This document shows positions 59,314 through 64,000 of a stretch of DNA of 64,000 nt, piece by piece. The DNA lies in the NCBI GenBank assembly GCA_963667465.2, contig CAXXDN010000002.1, positions 1,840,565 through 1,904,564 of the forward strand. Direction: 5' to 3'. Every line of letters begins with the position of its first letter. Within the stretch, counting starts at the first letter, position 1. A program made the position numbers and the translations under genes. Below the pieces are notes generated by a model, which saw only the letters and a list, made by a program, of their open reading frames with translations, was not told where the DNA came from and did not search any database. This DNA is from Dehalococcoidia bacterium (GTDB lineage Bacteria > Chloroflexota > Dehalococcoidia > UBA2979).

Positions 59314-59933
59314 CGCAGCGCGGGCGGGGATTCGGAAGGAGATCCGGCCCCCTCTCCCCTCGCGGGAGAGGGCGGGGGTGAGGGGGTCCGACGCCCGCCG
59401 CGCGAGAGGGAACCCGCCGCGCGAGAGGGAACCCGCCGCGCGAGAGGGAATCGGAAGGGGATCCGGCCCCGCCGGCAAAGCGGATCCGGCCCCCTCTCCC
59501 CTCGCGGGAGAGGGCGGGGGTGAGGGGGTCCGGCGCCCGCCGGGCAAAGAGCCCCGATGGCGCACCAGTCCAGCGAGGCGCGCGCGCTCCGGCTGCGCCG
59601 GAGTCCCCCTCACCCTCGGGGGCGTGGGGGCTCCCCCCACAACACACTGGCTCTCCCGCCAAGGGAGAGGGAATCGGAAGGGGTCCGACACCCGCCGCGG
59701 AAGAGATCCGGCCCCCTCTCCCCTCGCGGGAGAGGGCGGGGGTGAGGGGGTCCGGCGCCTGCCAGACCGGCCCCGATCCCCAACAAGGCCCCACTTTGGC
59801 CCAGATCGAGCCAGATCCCTACCCAGGCTTCCGAGGAATCAGCGGCTCCTGGGCCGCATCGAAGCCGCCCGCTCCGAGCGCGAGCGACGGGGCCTCCCCG
59901 GAGCCGGCTGCGGGCCCGGACGCGCGCGCGCCG

Positions 59934-60210
59934 TTAACCGCCTGACCGTCCAGCGCGTTACTCTTCATGTGCCGGGCTTTGCCGTCCGGGGCGCATCGCG
60001 TCCCGCCGGACAGGCAGGCGCGAGCGGAAGGACAGGCTTCCAGCGGACAGGCCGGCGGGACGGCGTTTGCGGCGTCCAGCTCGAGCGGCGGCGCAAGCCC
60101 CCCACATACGGCCCACCCCGCAACCGGAAGCCCCGTACGAGGAGGGCAATCGGGCAGCAGCAACGGCTACGCAACAACGCAACGAGTACCTCCTACGAAA
60201 GAGGGAACAT
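59934..60210 (+). promoter_or_regulatory. Putative expression site: promoter, long leader and RBS for the surface-protein cassette
   Basis: TTAACC-N19-TACTCT (59934-59964, tentative); A-rich leader ending AAAGAGGG-N5-TTG. Confidence 0.55.
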
Positions 60211-62195
60211 TTGAAGTACGTAACAAAGTTGGGAGCCTACGGCCTCACCGTCGCCGCCGCCTTCGCGGTAGCGCTCGCGGTGCTGCTGTCCGTCTCCACT
60301 TCCACGGTCGAGGCGGAGGTGCGGGACACTGCCACAGGCAGCCCCCTGGACACCCCGATCAAGAAGAACAACGGCGACACCGTCTACATCCATAACGGCG
60401 CTGGGGGCTTCGTCCTGTACGAGATCACGGCGATTGGGAACGCGTCCGCGTCGTTCACGCACTCGAGTGCACAGAACGACGGACAGACCCTCTACTGCTC
60501 GCCCGCGACGACTACCGGAACGTGTGACGCCAACACCGCCGACGGCACCACCGTGGCGGTGAAGATCGATAAGGATTCCGGCTCTGGCGGGATCATCGTC
60601 AAGCAGACCGTGCTGGCGACCGGTGTCACCACCGCCGACGAGCTGGCTGTCAGCGTCGCACCGGTGCCGACCAAGCTCACGGCGAGCCCTTCGCCGAAGG
60701 CCATCAGCGCTGGTGAGGGCTCGGATACTGCGGACGAAAGCACGCTCACGTTCCGTCTCACCGACCAGAACGGCAAGGGCATCGGTGGGAAGGCCCTGAC
60801 GGTCATCGCCAGTCATGGGGAACTCGAGGGCCTAGACGACGCCCCCGACGGTTGGACTGACGTTACAGGTGGCATCGAGTTCGACGGCAGCGGCACCCAG
60901 GTCGGCACCGTCACCACCAGCACCGATACTGGGGATGAAGACGTGGATGGTGCTGGCTATGCAGCCGTGAAGTTCACCGCTGGCGGCGTGGCGGACATCG
61001 CGACCATCACGGTGCGGCTGGCAGGCAGCACGCTGACCCAGACCGCCGACATCGTGATGTACGGCGCGGCCAAGACGATCACGGCGGCTGCCGAGCAGAC
61101 GGCCCTCCAGATCGGCGGCAGCACGTTCATCGTCGTGACCGCGACGGACGCAGGCGGCAACGCCGTCGCCGGGCACCCGGTCGACGTCAAGAGCGGCGCG
61201 AGCGGCGTCGTCGGCCCGGAGGCCCGTTCCAACGAGGTGGTAGTGCGCAACGTCGCCGACAAGGATGTCGCCCCCATCGGCGGCCTCGCAGCGGGCGCGG
61301 GTGACCTGCCTGCCTGTGGCGACGCCCCTGACCGAGTGGACGTCGACGGCACTGATGTTAACGAGTCCCTATGGTGGACGGGGTAACGGCACCAACGCCG
61401 CCGGTAAGTGCGTCATCCAGGTGACGACGGCCGGTGCCAACACCGCGTCGACTGCGGACGACACCACGCGCGGCACGCACACCACATCACCATCGCCGGG
61501 CCGGCAGCCGACGGCTCCGCGGACGTGACGGTCGAGATCGAGATCGGCGGTGCGCCGGCCACGATCACGAGCGACGCTCCCGAGCGGATGGGACCCGCTG
61601 AGTGAGATCACGGTGAACCTGACCGTGCTCGACGACGAGGACGTCCGTGTGGGCTCGGTCCACTACTCGGTGGTCAAGGTCAGCGACGACGGCGTGTTTA
61701 CCAGCGCCGTATCCGGACGCACGTCCGACGGCCGTGCGAAGTTCAGCTACCTCGCACCGTCCAGCTCGGGCACTGCTCAGTTCCTCGTTCGGACGTGGAA
61801 CGAGAAGGCGGATGGCACTCGAGGAACCACGCAGACTGCTCGCGAGCAGATCCTGATCGAGGTCGGCGAGGCGATGCCGGAGGAGCCGGACATGCCGGCC
61901 ATGCCTGACGGCGACGCCACGCTGACCGTCCAGGGCAACATTGGTAGCTTCAGCGGCGGCTCGCTCGATGCCTTCGCGGCTGCTGCCGCGGCTGAGTGCC
62001 CCGGCGGCTCGCAGATCGCTGTCCAGGACGCCGATGGCGAATGGCACCTCTGGAGCAGCACCGCTCCGGCGTTCGCGATCATCGGGTTCACCACGGCATT
62101 CGCGGACGGCTTCGACGGTATGACCTTCGTCTGGGTCTCCAGCTGTGAAGCGGACGCCCATGGACAGCGAAGGCTCCATGGGGAGCGAAGGCTAG
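60211..62195 (+). CDS. Cassette D: S-layer-like surface protein at the expression site (frameshifts after 61380 likely sequencing indels)
   Basis: TTG AAG TAC GTA ACA AAG gives [11 protein letters not shown] with RBS; C-terminal domain nearly identical to cassette C. Confidence 0.8.
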
Positions 62196-62319
62196 GGCGC
62201 GCAGCGCTCCAGTCTGAGAACTCCGCAGGAGTAGCGACGGACCCCGGAATCCCGGCCTCGGCCGGGGTTCCGGGGAACCGTATTCCACTCTCCAAACAAG
62301 CCCGGCAAGGAGAAACCGA

Positions 62320-62839
62320 ATGATTCGAACGATTGGACCGGCCAGGCTCGGCTTCGCCGCGGCGCTTCTCGCGCTGCTGCTCGGCCCGCTTGCGCTCGGC
62401 TTCCACACCCGCGCACGCGCAGGGTCCCGACGTGGCCTCGTACTACGGCCAGAACCTCAGCGCTGGCGACATCGTCACCGCCTCGATCGATGGCACGGAG
62501 TGCGGCAGCGACACCGCCACCGCCGAGGGGTGGAGCATCCAGGTCGGCCAGGACGACTGCTCGCCTGAGAACGGCGACACCGTCAGCTTCACGGTCAACG
62601 GCGACGCCGCCGAGCAGACCGCGACGTGGTCCGCAGGCGACCTCTCCGAGGTCACCCTGACCGTCGCCGCCATGCCCGACGACGGCGCCATGCCCGATCT
62701 GCCGGCCGAGCCTGACACCGGCAACGCCGGACTGCTCGGCGCTGGCAGCGCTGGCACCTCGTTGCTCGCGCTGGCCCTCGGCAGCCTCGCGCTCGCCGGC
62801 CTCGCCGTCGCGCGCCTCGCCACGCGCCGCGTCAGCTAA
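62320..62839 (+). CDS. Cassette D companion PxTG protein (one +1 indel near 62409)
   Basis: MIRTIGPARLG start, then AHAQGPD...EPDTGNAG...TRRVS in the next frame. Confidence 0.8.
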
Positions 62840-63266
62840 CCTTCGGCCACCGGCCGATTGCGAAGCGCCCCCCGGCAACGGGGGCGCTTCTTCGTGTCCG
62901 GCTCGCTCTCTCGCCGGAGAGGGTGCAGGTGCGGAGGCTCCGGCCCCCTCTCCCCTCGCGGGAGAGGGCGGGGGTGAGGGGGTCCGACGCCCCGCCGCGC
63001 GAGGAGCCTGCGGCGGCGCAACAGTCCTCGAGGCGCGCGCGCTCCGGCTGCGCCGGAGTCCCCCTCACCCTCGGGGGTGTGGGGGCTCCCCCCACAACAC
63101 ATTGGCTCTCCCGCCGGGGGAGAGGGGATCGGAAGGGGATCCGGAGTCCCCCCTCACCCTAACCCTCTCCCTCCGGGGGAGAGGGGATCGGAGGGGACCG
63201 GCTCCCTCCCCTCGCCGGAGACGGTGCGGGTAAGGGACAATCCGGCTCCCTCTCCCCTCGCGGGAG

Positions 63267-64000
63267 AGACACCCCAGGGTGCTAAGGCGTCAAGCGGCGA
63301 GCTGTTCGCGGTCGTGGCGGTGCGCCCAGGCGGTGGCCTCGTCGTAGGGGCGACGTGCCTTCAGGCAGCCGTGGAGGTAGCCGACGAGGCGGTTGCCGGA
63401 GAGCGCGCAGCGCCTGGTGGTGGAGGTCGCCCGCGGCGCGGCGGCGGTGGTAGAAGTCATGGCAGCCGGGGCTCGCCTGCAGCGAGCAGAGCGCCCAGCG
63501 GTCCACGGCGTCGGCGAGCCGGCGGTTGCGCACGAAGCGGGCGCGCACGCTGCGCTTGCGGCCCGATGCTACGGTGAGCGGCGAGGTGCCGGCGTAGTTC
63601 CTGCGGGACTTCGCCGACTCGTAGCGTTCGGGGTCGTCCCCGAACTCGCCGAGCACCCGGGCGCCGAGCACGACACCGAGACCGGGCAGGGAACGGTAGA
63701 TTGCGGCGTCCGGGTGCTGCTCAAAATGGCTCGTGAGCGCGGCCTCGAGCTCCGTAAGCTGACGGTTGATCTCGCTGATTCTGCGCGACCGCCGCGCGGG
63801 TGCTCGCGGCGAACGCCCGGCTCACGGCAGGCGGCGCCTCGAGTTGCGGGGAGCGCAGCGCGTCGCGCACCGCGGCGGCGCGCCGCTCGAGGTTGCGCTG
63901 ACGTCCGCCGCGGCGCAGCGCCGAGCGGATCTTCGACGTGCTCAGAGCGCGCCGCCTCGCGCGGCTCGCTCGCCCGCGCCAGCACCGCCCAGGGCGTCGC
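63267..64000 (-). mobile_element. IS110 element, copy 2 (partial, runs off the window)
   Basis: Nearly identical to copy 1 from 52761 onward; right end GGGGTGT-CT|CTCCCGCG. Confidence 0.9.

Noticed and set aside
45718-62195. Diversity-generating retroelement
   Set aside because: No reverse transcriptase; differences between paralogs are not adenine-specific.
47769-64000. Frameshifts in FGE, SnoaL, cassettes B and D, companion D and IS110 copy 2 read as pseudogenes or programmed frameshifts
   Set aside because: Mostly single-base indels in short homopolymers, clustered across unrelated genes and absent from near-identical paralogs. This is more consistent with low-coverage long-read error, though real decay of B cannot be excluded.

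Overview
High-GC bacterial chromosomal window, probably Chloroflexota/Dehalococcoidia-like. The taxonomy is an inference from the Tat-lipoprotein ABC binding proteins, a class F-like sortase and PxTG-tailed proteins. Bases 1-44.9 kb hold housekeeping and catabolic genes: an acyl-CoA catabolic cluster, a Dpp/Opp ABC transporter, hpnCDE, rnhA, gyrA, thiL-tsaE-tsaB-ndk, rsfS, mnmA, putP, sortase, 3 tRNAs, sthA and an ADH. Three toxin-antitoxin pairs and one putative restriction-modification pair are inserted among them, two of these flanked by 35-45 bp duplications of the upstream gene's 3' end. Bases 44.9-64 kb hold the standout locus: four paralogous cassettes, each a ~620-660 aa S-layer-like surface protein plus a small PxTG sortase-substrate gene, in alternating orientation. 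All four begin at one shared sequence (TACGTAACAAAGTTGGGAGCCTACGGC..., encoding [12 protein letters not shown]). Only cassette D (60211) is joined to an RBS and an in-frame start codon, which lie on a ~2.75 kb segment that also carries a tyrosine recombinase. This looks like a recombinase-driven, single-expression-site inversion (shufflon-like) system for surface-protein variation. The locus also has an IS110 element whose non-coding end shows readable bridge-RNA guides targeting the local REP-like palindrome. Many single-base indels after 47.7 kb look like long-read errors.
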